Shown in pieces: positions 10,681 to 22,480 of a stretch of 64,000 bases of DNA (position 1 is the stretch's first letter; every line of letters starts with the position of its first letter). The stretch spans positions 1 through 64,000 of the forward strand of contig CAUYUJ010000049.1 in assembly GCA_963575745.1 (NCBI GenBank). Reading direction: 5' to 3'. Both the position numbers and the translations under genes were made by a program. The notes beneath the pieces were generated by a model, which saw only the letters and a program-made list of their open reading frames with translations, did no database searches and was not told where the DNA came from. Origin of the DNA: Prorocentrum cordatum. Its lineage: Eukaryota.

Positions 10681-12782
10681 GATTGCGAATAGCCTCAACA
10701 TGTGGAAGAACAGGGCCAGTCATATGGGCCTCTCGAACCTTCTGCCTCATAGCAGGAGGTGTGCGCTGAATAACTTGAAGGCGTTCATTCTGCGAAATAT
10801 AAAACTCTGTGCCTTTGAAGTAGTTCGCGTGCCCGACTATGATTTCTTGGTCATCCTCTCGGGGCAAAGCGTTCGTCGGTTGACTCTGCCGTTTATCTGG
10901 AGCAGGTGGCAGATTTTCTCTGCAAAAGAAGTTGACAGATGCCGGGCCCGATCGATAGTGTTCTTCCTCAGTGGTAAAGAGTTCAGGATCCGCTGGATAT
11001 GGAAACTCATTGACCTGGGTCAGATCAAAGTCGGCCTCAAAAGATCCCGGAGTGCCTTGGGCACCAGAGTTTTGACCCGCGGACAGAGGCTCCGCCGCCT
11101 GATGTCCGAGTAGAGCGGCATTTGGCGGTGGCGCCTGAGCCGCGGGCGCATCCTCCTCTTCGGACGATTCTATCTTAGTAGGCGAAGAATCTGCAGGCTC
11201 TTGGGGCGCAGCAGGTGCCGCGGCACCGGCGCCCGAGTCTGCCGTTGCCTCGTCTTCCTCCTCTTGTTTGTCCTCCACTCTGGCTGGGCCAAGCGGAAGT
11301 GGAGGAAGGTTCTCCGTCGCGGCTGAGCCGGGCGGGGGGGCGGGTGGAGTAGGAAGTCTGCTTCCACTCGCAACAGATTTACCTTCGGCCTGAGGCTGCG
11401 ACCGCTCGCTCTGGTCGGCGAACATAGAAGTGGAGGCAAAACCTGGCACAAGCTCACGGATCTGATCAACAACAGCATCCTAGAACTTCGCCCAAGCATG
11501 CGAGCAATTTCCCGGGTCGTGTTTACCTTTTGCGCTGGCCTTCAAGTATAGCCCCCTTGCTGTTCAATATACGTTGCAATTTCATCTATCAGGTCATCGA
11601 GGCACTCGGTCTCTTGCGGCCAGTCGGCAGCGGTCCGACGCCACCAGTAAAATAACTCTTTCCCTGTTCTCAGAGCTCCACGTGCTCTCCGGCCCGAGAA
11701 TTGCATTTTAGGGACTTCTTTGAGTCCTGAGAATGACAGCTGCCTCGTCGGATCCTGTTGGCACAGGCGACTCCTCTGATGATGGATCTCCGTCCGTCTG
11801 CGTCGGAGGAGCTGCCTTAGGGGTATCAGGCCCCTCGCCGCCTCCGTGTCGTGCATCGCCTACATCCTCGGCGGCCCTGGCTTTCTTCTCGACTGCTTTT
11901 GCCTCTGCGACAGGGTTATCCCCCTGCGCGGTCCGATCCGTTCCAGCGCTGCCGTGGGCACGCTGGGGGGGGCCCTGTTCTCTCAACCACCTGGGCGCAG
12001 CCTTGGCCGGGGGCTTTGCCTTCTGGTGGTCTTGATCAGTTTGCAAAGCACTGTTAGCAGCCCACCTGGCAAGGTTAGTCACTGCAGCGGGGGGCTCACG
12101 AAGACTCGGTTTCCAAATTTTAGGCGGGTCGCCCGCTGTTTCCGCGCCTCCCGGCTTGGCCCACTGGGGACGCGGAAAAGTTATCAGCTCCCCTGTCGAG
12201 GCGAGCCACCCTAGCCGGTGGAGGTTTCGGCAATTGCGTCTCAGGACCGTGACGAGGTAGAGGCGGAGGCTTCATGGGCATATCCGACTTCACCGAGGGT
12301 GAGTCCTTTGGCGGTGCAATGTTCGGCTGCGTTGCCGGTGGAGGCGTCATCTTACTGAGTGGCGCAGGGGCTTTCTTCGGGGCGACCTCCCCTAGCCCAT
12401 CCGCTGACGGCCACTCCTTAGGAAGAGGAGGGGGCGTCGGCACTTTCCCAAGTGCATCAGTCTTGTGGAGTGAAGGCCAAGCCTCCGCCACGGCTTTGCC
12501 GGGCGGAGGCTTGAACGCCCTCCCAGTGCGAGACGCAGATTGCCCCAAAGTCGGGAAGTTCTCGGTGTCAAGCGAAAGAGGTGTGCTGGACGGCTTGGCC
12601 GCCGGCGCCTGCTGTGGTGCACTTGCAGATGATTTGGCTTTGTCCTCCTCATCTTTGTTACTTTGGACAAGTTTCTCGGATTCCTCCGAAGCCTCACCTC
12701 TGTGCAGCGGATGGATATTAGTTAGCTTGAGTCCTTTCTGCTGGAGCCATGGCCAAATGTCATCGATAGCATCGTCGTAGAA

Positions 12783-14645
12783 TTATGGATCCTGGCCTCT
12801 TTGCCATTCAATTGGTCCCAAATTCGGGACCCATTCTCTCTGTGCCTCCCGGACTTGGTCCGTGGCAGCCTTCCTTTCATCGTCGCGATATCGGTTGACT
12901 CCGAAGTCTTGCTCCAAGCACCAGTTATTCTGTCTGGCGATATGTTGGAAGAAAACATAAGCCTGCGTGATATGAAGCGCTGCTGGGGTCCAATGATATA
13001 GTCGAAGCTCATGCAACACATCGCCCGTCGGGTCGCTGACGTACTGACCTGGTTTTCCCCCAATGGCGGCTGGGTTTCTCGAAAAGAAAACAATCTCCGC
13101 AGTAATCCAGATGCCATCTCCAAAGGTCTCCTCTGCGACAGAGTACACCGTGTGAGTCTGGGGATTGTCAGTGCAACGAAAAGAGTACACTCCAATTATG
13201 TTATGCTTGACATTGTCTCCGTATTTTGGATTAGATGGAAGCAGCTGATGGCCGTCCAAATGTGCATGAAGTGCAGTCACAGGCGTACCATGGGACTGTC
13301 TAATCCAGCCTGCGGATTGGTCTTGGACCTCCGCAAGCTTTTTGTCTGTAACGTAGAAAGGCAAAGTAAGGTGAACGCAATGATGAAGACCCGCTCGGTG
13401 GGTTTTCATGGACATCTTCGCCCAGTTCAGACGATCAGCAACAGTAGCTGTTGGGTCCGCTCGCGACCGGTCGGCCTCAATCCTCAAGAAACGTGCCCAA
13501 TTAGGAGCGACATAATTTGGTTCCAAGACTGGGGTCTTCGTGGAATTCTGCAGCATCTGAGCAGCCAACCACGCTTCTCCTTTTGCGGTTCTCTGAATCA
13601 TCTTGAACTCCGCGCTACGGGGCGGATCTTTCCCGTGCGCAACCTGTGCGGCACGGCCCCCCTCTCCCGGATACTCATTATTGCGCATCATGCCTCTGCG
13701 GAGCTTACCGCTCGCTATCGCATATGATCGGAGAAAGCCATGATCAACTAGATCTTGGCCAGGCGCACTTCGGTAGGGCAACTTCTTCGTTGTCTGGTAT
13801 GACAAATGGTAAGGCCAATCCAGCTCCCAATCCTCATTGCGATTGGGATAACCGTTTGTCCTCAACCGTCTTGGGAACTTATACATCTGGCTGAGCACGG
13901 TTGATTTTCCAACGGGACATTTATTGCGGAGGTATTCCTCCGCTGCCTCACCAAGTGGTTTAGCCTCTTGCACGCCCGTCGCAGGGGCCAAAAAGGACTC
14001 GCGGGACGGCTGGGCCGCCCACGTGGTTGCATCGTTACCCGAGACGGCTGGGCCGCTCGGTGCAGCAGTGTCACTCGGAACGGCTGAGCCGCCCAGTGCT
14101 GTGGTGTTGTCCGAGGCGGCAGGGCCGCTCGGTGCAGAACCGCTACCCGAGACGGATAAGCCGCTCGGTGCCTTAGCAGGTGCTGCCTTCTTCAACTCAT
14201 CGACTGCCATGCGCATGTGAACATCGCTCTGCACACCTTCATTTGGCAACCGGAGGCGCTTCCCCTCTGGGGGCATTCCTGGACAGAAGTTCGGACCACG
14301 CGGCAAGAAGTACTGATCATCTTGCCACGGGAAGAAGTCCGCATATGCCATCCCCCGTTTCAGGAAGTCGATGAATGCTTCAGAATAATATGAATGGATG
14401 GGCCCGCATCCAGACCCGTCTTGGACGGCTGGGAACGATTTGTGATCTAAAGCTGTTAAGAACGGACGTGTATTGAGCACTGACCTGGGCACGTTGCCTT
14501 CCACGGGGTTCCAGTCTTGCCAGTTTATGGCCAGCTCACCGACGGTCGCCTCTTGCGCGGTGTACCCGTCAGCTCTCGTCGCCCTTGTTATGCTACCCCC
14601 TGGGCGGCTCAGCCGCCAGAGGGTTGGCAAAAAACAATGCTGCAA
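12783..14645 (-). CDS. 620-aa ORF with a C-terminal ADP-ribosyltransferase (PARP-like)-type domain
   Basis: QSHGT (about 13285-13299), then LLPS, IGVYSF (about 13180-13197), a YS motif and a later QYV strand. The spacing resembles H-Y-type ART folds. Confidence 0.5.
   Translation of the reverse strand: MQHCFLPTLWRLSRPGGSITRATRADGYTAQEATVGELAINWQDWNPVEGNVPRSVLNTRPFLTALDHKSFPAVQDGSGCGPIHSYYSEAFIDFLKRGMAYADFFPWQDDQYFLPRGPNFCPGMPPEGKRLRLPNEGVQSDVHMRMAVDELKKAAPAKAPSGLSVSGSGSAPSGPAASDNTTALGGSAVPSDTAAPSGPAVSGNDATTWAAQPSRESFLAPATGVQEAKPLGEAAEEYLRNKCPVGKSTVLSQMYKFPRRLRTNGYPNRNEDWELDWPYHLSYQTTKKLPYRSAPGQDLVDHGFLRSYAIASGKLRRGMMRNNEYPGEGGRAAQVAHGKDPPRSAEFKMIQRTAKGEAWLAAQMLQNSTKTPVLEPNYVAPNWARFLRIEADRSRADPTATVADRLNWAKMSMKTHRAGLHHCVHLTLPFYVTDKKLAEVQDQSAGWIRQSHGTPVTALHAHLDGHQLLPSNPKYGDNVKHNIIGVYSFRCTDNPQTHTVYSVAEETFGDGIWITAEIVFFSRNPAAIGGKPGQYVSDPTGDVLHELRLYHWTPAALHITQAYVFFQHIARQNNWCLEQDFGVNRYRDDERKAATDQVREAQREWVPNLGPIEWQRGQDP
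14000..14175 (-). repeat. Coding minisatellite of ~33-36-bp units (APSGPAxS)
   Basis: Repeated GGCCGCTCGGTGC core on the + strand; peptide repeats APSGLSVS, APSGPAAS, APSGPAVS. Confidence 0.75.
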
Positions 14646-15594
14646 GTTTGGCAGTCTTAAACATGTGCTCAGCGCAATTCTCCCGCGGTAACCTCAACCA
14701 TCTGTCCGCCCTTTATCTATTTTGTAATCGTCATGCTCAAGAACAAAAGGATAGAGGTCCCCTGGGCGGTGTCGCAGCTTGCGGTAAAGACTTACACCGT
14801 CTAAAATCATCATCCGGGGGGGAAATCCCCATGGCTGTATCTGTCAATCCGACGGTTCATTTTAGCCCTGACGAGAGTGGCGACATCGTCCCGCATCCGG
14901 CTCACGCCAGATCCGTCGGTCCTCCAGCATTCATGGTCTCCGCCAACGCACATGATCTCTATTGCCCCGTCTCCCGCACGAGTGATCGCGTCGTCCACCA
15001 GCTTCATCGCGCTTACTACTAATATTCGGAGGCTTCCAGCAAAAACAAATGGGCCTCTTGTCGCTGTGGTCCAGAGCCGACTCCTATCAATTCGCCGGTT
15101 CCAACAATATCATTAAAGTTCCAGAAGATGAAACGGATCGGCGTGTGAGTCCTTTTTATATAGTGATGGTGCTGGGCCAATTTAAAGTTCTTAGCCTCCT
15201 CCTTAATTTCTGGGGCCATACACCCACTCATGACCTTCTGCGAGCTGCCGTGCACATGTTCCCGCAGATGGTACTCAGGGAGAAGACCGGGCTTCTTTTT
15301 CTTGGACGACCCCCGAAACGAGATCGTGGAATCCGAAACAATGTGGACTGAATAAGACCAATATTTGTATGCCCCACTTTCCACCACGCACAAAGGATGG
15401 AACACATATGTCACTGGCTTGCCCGTGCCCATCATGGCCGCAATGTCCTCGCCAACAAATGGAATCCATGAGTGTCCACTCACTCGGGCAATCTGCGTGA
15501 TGGCCTGGCACTTTCGAAGAAACGTTAACTTAAGTGTCCAGTTTGCCATCTGAGGGTCTATGATATCAGCATAAAGCTGAATAATCGCATCCAT
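14640..15594 (-). pseudogene. SGNH/GDSL-esterase-like domain, frameshifted
   Basis: HIVSDST (block I-like, about 15327-15347), MSGCMAPEI (block II), IFWNFND (block III GxND-like, about 15110-15130), and a degenerate DLYPF near 14750 where DxxH is expected. Confidence 0.5.
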
Positions 15595-16559
15595 TGAGGG
15601 GCCCCAGGCTACGATAAGCCAAGTTTCCCGAAAAACCCTGAAAGGCCCCCCAACAAATAATTACATAAAACACGAAAAATACAAACATATATTTACAAGA
15701 AATACCAAAATTACCAGCACCACACCTCGTAACATGAGGCAGGGCAACGCACCACCATGACATCACAACGTCCAATATACTGAAAACTGCCTCCCTGCGA
15801 AGCAACGAAACTCCCGTAAGAGCATCGAGCTCACTCGCGAGCAACGGCTACGGACATAGGGTGGTGGGTAATGTGTGAAGTAAGGTGGGGGAGGGATGGC
15901 GGCGACGGCGACGAGCAGGGGGGGGTGGAGGGGCAGGCGGGGGGGCTGAAGGGCAGGGGGTGGGGGCACGAGGGAGGGGGGGGGGGAGAGGGGAGGGAGA
16001 GTGGGGAGGGGGAGGGGGAAGTGAGAGCAGGTGGGTGGGGGGGGGAGGGGGGCGACATGTGAGAGGGCGGGGGCTGGACGACCATGGCAGCAGGAATCCA
16101 GGCGTGCGTTTCTCTGCACCCTGCGCAGGCCAGCCGCGAGACCCAAGCGTGCCATCCTTGCGCAGGCGGTCGAAACGCTAGACCGACGGCGCTGCCCACA
16201 CGCGCCGCGATAAGAGAGAAAAAGAGACCTGCCCGACTTGAAGATGGGAAGTCGAATGGGTCGAGGGTGGATGGGGGCGGGGGGGTGGAGGGTGGGATGA
16301 TGATGAGGAGGAAGCGGAGGAGGAAGAGGGAGGTGAGGAGGAGGGAGAGGAGGAGGGCGCGGCCTCCCCCTCCTCCGCACCCTCCTCGTCCGCATCCGCC
16401 TCCGACTCTTCCCACTTCGGATCCTCCTCATGCTGCACTTCCTGCTCATCCCGATCCTCCTGAGGCTGCTGCTCCTCCTTCTCCTCCCTCCCCTCCTCCT
16501 CCTCCTGGCCCTCCTGACCCTCCTCCTGGCCCTCCTGGCCCTCCTGGCCCTGGAGCGAG

Positions 16560-18184
16560 ACTGCCGCGCAGCCGCCGGGCCGCCAGCTCAGGCCCCAGGC
16601 GGCGCTGCGGCGGCAGGCGCCGCGGCGGCAGGCGCTGCGGCGGCAGGCGCAGCGAAGGCTGCCGGGGCCTGCTCGTCGGGCCCGACCTCAAGCACCAGGC
16701 CACCTCCCTCCAGGGCTGCGACCACGGGGCCAGGCATCTCGGACCACACGCCCTTCCCCTGGAGCTCGCGCTTCAAGGAATCCGCGGCGGCCTCGAGGGG
16801 TCGGGCTCCTCCACCCTCCGCCTCCACCCTGGCCAGTTCCACCTCCACCCCTACCTCCGCCTCCACCCACGTCCCCGTTTCCACCTCAACCTCCGCCTAC
16901 ACCGCCCTGGACCATCCTCACCACCTCCACCACCCCCCTCACCACCTCCCCCATCCACCTCCAGCTCGTCTTCCCATCACCACCCGCATCACGCTCACCG
17001 CCCCGTCAACCTTCACCTCCTTCTCCTCGTACCCCCTCCTGGCCCTCGTCCTCCATCCTCCCTCAGTCTCCTTGTCTTTCCTCTATCTGATATGTGTTGG
17101 TGTCTCTCCTTCATCGTCATCCTCCCTCAGTCTCCTTGTCTTTCCTCAGTCTCCATCCTCCCTCCGTCTCCTTGTCTTTCCTCTATCAACGGTCGCATCT
17201 CCTTCATCGTCATCGTCGTCGTGCTCGTGACCCCCAATGGCCTTGAGCTTCTTAGGCCCTTTGAGGGTCGGGAAAGCGTACTTCATCGAGAAGATAACGA
17301 AGGTGAGGGAGATCGTGATCATGCCATCGTGGGTCTGCGATTCCCACTTCGAGAGCCGATCCTTCTCGAAAATGCCCTGGTGCTTCCGCGCCAATTTCAG
17401 GCGGCCGTCCATGTCGGTGATCAACGAACCCAGATCCTTGAGCTTCTTGTTCGCGACCAGCTCCTTCGCCATTGGATGGGGCGGCGATTGGAGGAGCTGG
17501 TCGCAAACAGGCCGCCAATTCGGCTGCCACTGCTCGATGTTGGCGAACGCCACGTCGAACCCCGTCAGCCAGCGCTGCTTGCACTCGCTCAAGGAGGTGT
17601 CCAAGGCGACCAGGCTGTCCCTGACCAGGCGAGCGACAGGGAGTCCGTTGAAGATGCCGATGTGCGTTTCGCTGGCCGATGCGAAGCACGTGTCCAGGTT
17701 CTGGACAAACGATGGCCCCCTGAAGTCCTGACCGCAGCAGGAATGCGGCTGACAGAGGGGGGTGGCGGCGGAGGAGGAGGTGGAGTGGATTATGGTAATT
17801 CTGAGGAGGGGGAAGAGGATTAGGAGGAGGAGGAGGGGGAGGCGCAGGAGAGAGGAGGAGGAGGAGGACGAGGAGGAGGAGGAGGACAAGGAGGAGGAGG
17901 AGGAGGAGGAGGAGGAGGAGGAGGAGGATAGAGGAGGAGGATAGAGGAGGGGGACGAGAAGCAGAAGGAGGATCGTGATGAGCCCCCTGGGCCCTCCCCG
18001 TGGTGGTGGGGGGGGGGCACAGTGAGGCTGCCCCATGTTCCCGCCTCCCTCCTCCTTCTCCTCCTCAGCCGCCTCCTCCTCCTCACCAACCCCCTCCGCC
18101 TGCTCCTCCCCCGAGCCATCATGCGCCCCCTCACCATCAACGTCATCATCATCCTCATCATCATCATCATCATCACCATCACTC

Positions 18185-18215
<31 letters not shown>

Positions 18216-19331
18216 CATCATCGCCGGCGTCTGATCGTGCCCGGGTCCTGGTCGGCAAACTGCATGCCACTCGTGCCCTCGAACGTCCTGAAGATGCTCT
18301 TCACGGCGTTGTTCAAGTTGCCGAGCGCCTCGTTGGCGGCCAACCACGCCTTCGCGCTGTCACCGTCAAAGTCCAGCTCGCACGTTACCAAGGGGCTCCC
18401 GCACAACCACACCATGCCGACGTTCGCAAGCAGGCCAACCTACCACCGAAGGATGTTGTCCGAGTAGCGGCAGGCCTCGGTGGCTTCCTCGAACGCCTTC
18501 TGCGCATCTTGGGTCAAGGTGACCACGTAGCGTGATCCCAATACAAGCTTGCACTCGCCGATGATGTCGTTCGGCGACGAAATAGCATCGGCCCACTGCT
18601 GCGTCCAAAAATCGCCGTCCCCGTAGTTCCCGAAGATGGAGCCAGTCACGAGCCGCACGAAGACCTCCAGTCGACCAGCCAATCGCGACGCCAACATGTC
18701 CGTGATCTCCTCTTACTCGGGGCTCGCGTGGAACTTCTCGAGAACTGTCTGCATGGCATCCGCTACTGGATGACCGTCCCAGAACGGCTTCAAGTAATCA
18801 TCGATCTGTCGCTGCGTGTCCGCCATGTACTCTGGCACCTTAGCAATAGGAGCTCCAGACTCCTTCCGTTCGGAAAACAACCTGACCGTGTCTGCAGAGG
18901 CCTTAAGGAGCTTCAGCGTATCCGAGTACCCCTCTGTATCCACGCCAGCAAGGTGCTCAGTCAGCTTCGGCACCGCGCCCACAGCATGGATCAGCTCGTC
19001 GACCAGCCCGACCCCGCCCGCCCAGTCGGCGCTAGTCCACTTTGCCTCCTCAAGCGGACGGTCCAGCCAGCCAACCAGGTCGTCCAAGAGCTCCTGACGC
19101 TGCATACGAAGGGTGCATATCAATGCTCTCTCTCTCTCTCTCTCTCTCTCTCGCTCCCTCCAACCCTCTCCCAAGGTTTGATATACCTCTCTCTCTTGTC
19201 GTCGCTTGCTCTCGCTCTCCCTATGTCTCTCTGTCTCTCGCTCTCGATCGCTCGCTTGCTCGCGCTCTCTCTCGTTCTCTCTCTCTCTCTCGCTCGCTCG
19301 CTCTCGAACTCACTCTAGCTCTCGCGCTCGC

Positions 19332-19372
<41 letters not shown>

Positions 19373-19506
19373 TCGTCTCTCCCGCTTCTCTCTCGCTCTC
19401 ACTCTCTCTCTCGCTCTCCGTCTTGACCTCGCGTGCGCTCGGTCTTCCTCTCCCTCTCTGTCCGTATCCCCCTCTCTCGCTCTCCCTCTCTCTCTCTCTC
19501 TCCGTC

Positions 19507-19556
<50 letters not shown>

Positions 19557-22480
19557 TCTCTCGCTCCCTCCCCCTTGTCCCTCGGCTCTGCCAGAGTCAC
19601 GCAACGGTCGCCATCTATCGCCAAATCATCCTGCCCGCCCGCGGGGTCACAGGGGAAGTGGGCGCCGAATGAGAGGGAAAGAGGAGGCGGCTCGCTCCTT
19701 GCACCCGGCCAAGACCAAGTCACACGCTGTCACGCAGTAGTCGAACAACGCCACGTCGACTTTGTCGGCGCTGATGTACCTCGCGGCCAGCGGAGAGGCG
19801 TCTTGCATGGCGCCCGCGAGCCCAGCCAAGTGGCTCTTGGTGCTGGCAACGCGATCGCGCCAGACCATGGTCGCCGCGTCTTGCTCTGCACACTGAGTAG
19901 CACGCTGGAGCAGAGCCGTGGCCTTCTTCGACAAGTCGATGCCCGCAGAGAAGCCAGCACCAGCGGTCTCAGCATCGCGTAGAAGCCGCTTGGCGTTAGG
20001 CCAGAGAACCAAAGATCCAGACATGGGCCAGCGGTTCTTCATTATGCCCTCCACGGACTCGCTGGCGGCCTCGAGCTCAACAATGGACGGCACCGCGTCA
20101 TTCTTGAGCAAGTCCAGCGAAGCTTTCAAGGCGCCCATGTCAGTCTTCACCTCTGCGCTGGCCCAGTGTGGTACCGACGACGCCAGTCGAGAGAGATCCC
20201 GATGTAAAAATTGTACATCGCCTTGCGCCAACATGCTGATCTTCATCTTAATCATCTCCAAGCGCATTGCAGCCTGCGCTGCCTCTGTGGGGAAGCCTGC
20301 CTCTGAGAGCTGCGACTGTTCCAATAGCCCCCACATGCCTTCGTCTGGGTCAGACGCCTCGCGAGAATCCTACTCAGGAGGCCGCCTGTGTCAATCCCCC
20401 GCCCGACTGCGCAACGCCGCGACCCGCTGCCCTGCGGGGGTGGGATGCCAGCGGGGAGGCGGGGGCAGTCAGGCGGGATTAATTTCACAGGGGGGCCACC
20501 CAAGTCGCATTCCCTATCAGGCCTCAACCCGCTTCGCGATGTATTCCTGGAGCATCCAGTGCGGGAAAGGAACCGCGGCCGCTGGAGGCGTTGCCAAAAA
20601 TGTGAGACTCATGCTGTAAATCCGCGCGAACTCCTTATCGAACTGCCCATTTTTAGCCCAGGCCTTCGAGATGGACACCGCTTCCTGCCCCTGCTTGCGG
20701 AGCGCCTGCATCTCGTCGGTGTCCTCGTAGAGCTCGGGCGGTGGACCCCCTGCCTCGATGCACTTATCGGCCTCCTCTTTCATGGCATGGGCGGGCATCA
20801 CGAGGGCGCTGAAATTTGCGACAGCTCCCTCCAGCTGCCTCCTGAAGTTCTGAGTGGTGAAATACTTCTCGTCCTGGTTCGACTCGCGGAATTCCTTCAA
20901 ATGGTCCAGCAAGGTCTGGCGGCGATTCCCGCGCGGGCGCCCAGGGGCACGGCGAGCTTGACCTTCGGCCCCCGAGTCGCTGTGCTCTCCGGAGCCGCTG
21001 GTCGACTTCATGCGGCGCTTGGCCTTGGCCTTGGCCTTCGCCTCCCCCTTCGCAGCGGGGGCCTCTTCAGAACCACCCTGCCCAGCGGCAGCCGCAGGCA
21101 CCATCATCGGGATGAACGCCGCCTGGAAGCCCGCGAAGATGGGGGCCTGGCCGGGGGCGCCGAAACCAGGACAAGGTACGGGCGCAGCTGGCTGACCTGG
21201 CGCGGCTGCCGCGGGAGGCGGGGCAGCGGCCCTAGCAAAAATGCCTGGGGCCTCCTCGCCCGAGGCCCTCGAATACGCACTCGAAAGGCTCTGCACGAGC
21301 CCCTGAAACCCACGCTCGAGCTGGCCCTCAAAGATTGCTGTCTCGCTGCTGTGGTGGATCCTGCGCCTAGCAACGCCGTGGGTCTCCACTGCCGCCTCTG
21401 TCCATTCACGTTTCCCTGGGGCGCGAACGCACTGCAGGCCTTCATGCATCACCACCTGGTGACCTTTCCCGTTTGAGTACGGGTCTCCGTAATCGCTAAT
21501 GTAGTCGTCCAGCGCAACGATGCGAGTTGGTGCACGCTTAATCTGCACCTCCCGCTTCTGGTAAGACGTAACTCGTTCTTGGACCTCTGGCCACGCAACT
21601 CTGACGCCCCTGGTGCCCCGGGCATCGATGAAGTACTGCACTGCCTCGTTTCGCCTCGTGTAAAATTCCTCGCACACCTCGCGATTCTGGCCGATCACAT
21701 TGAGCAGGAGCGGGCACGTGGCTGTGCTGGGCTGGTCTGCGTAGAAGCCTGAGGGGCGATAATTCGCAAGCTGCATCGTTGCATCGAACGGCCTACTACA
21801 TCTCGTCAAACATCAATCATAAAATGCGCCGCCTGATGCATCGATCGTTCTCCTTCAGCATCATGCATCATCTTGCATCACTGCAGCAATGCATCGATCG
21901 GTCCACTCCTCATCGTCAGACATCGATCATGAAATGCGCCGCCTCATCATCATTCATCGAACGTCCTCCTGCGGAAATTCGAAACTACATCTGGGGTTCA
22001 GCTCGGCCGACCCAACCCTCCGACTGGCGCCCAACCTCGAGACTCAAGCATTCCTCTGAGCAGGAGCGGCCAAGCCCTCCAAGGGCGTCGGCCCCGTCAC
22101 CCATCCCTCCCTCCCTCCCAACTCATCCCTATGGTTGGAGCAGCCTGCGTGGACACGGACGCAGTAGAAGCAGAAGTTGCCCCTGTTCTTTAACGTGAGG
22201 GGCTTGATTCCCCAGTGCAGACATTCCTCCTCGAAGACGTGATCCAATTCTGTGTCAGAACGGGCGCGCAATCCGCAAACTCGCCCGTCTGGGAGGACAT
22301 CCACCTTCACGCCGTTCTCGAAGGTTACCGGAACCACGACCTTGCCTGGGTTGTTGGCACCCCAATGCCCGAACCTGGCGCGGGTAGCGTCACCGCGGCC
22401 ATACTGCAAAGCTGAGGTCCCGGAGGGCTCGGCAGCGTCGCTCATCAGGGCCGCTGCACACCGACCCTCGCTGGGCCAGC
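16560..22480 (-). CDS. Large multi-exon uncharacterised gene with an N-terminal Cys/His motif; possibly pseudogenised
   Basis: Complex coding blocks at about 22140-22470 (VCGL..D..D.V..HWG..GNFCFYC), 20517-21775, 19698-20400, 18230-19093, 17240-17725 and 16560-16800, separated by microsatellite-filled introns. Example: GA-AG intron 19094-19697 joining GCK|ELLDD in frame. At least one frameshift near 18710. Confidence 0.6.
18130..18222. repeat. (CAT)n microsatellite; (GGA)n tract at 17820-17950
   Basis: Directly visible; lies in an inferred intron. Confidence 0.9.
19125..19575. repeat. Compound (CT)n/(CTCG)n microsatellite
   Basis: Directly visible; fills intron 19094-19697. Confidence 0.95.

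Larger units (their letters stand above)
6953..15840 (-). mobile_element. Intron-less, frameshifted polyprotein region, probably the 3' cargo half of a large LTR retrotransposon
   Basis: Near-continuous long minus-strand ORFs (15594 to 7256) broken by frameshifts and stops. No microsatellite introns, composition distinct from the flanks, and it ends in a PPT-like tract. No RT or integrase lies inside this segment. Confidence 0.55.

Noticed and set aside
16084..17823. 579-aa plus-strand ORF
   Set aside because: Antisense shadow of minus-strand exons joined through stop-free microsatellites.
18000..18535. Poly-His, poly-Ile and poly-Met ORFs (also at 50119-50769)
   Set aside because: Translations of (CAT)n tracts.
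19042..19982. Ser/Leu-repeat and Arg/Glu-repeat ORFs (also at 48418-49323)
   Set aside because: Translations of (CT)n/(GA)n microsatellites.
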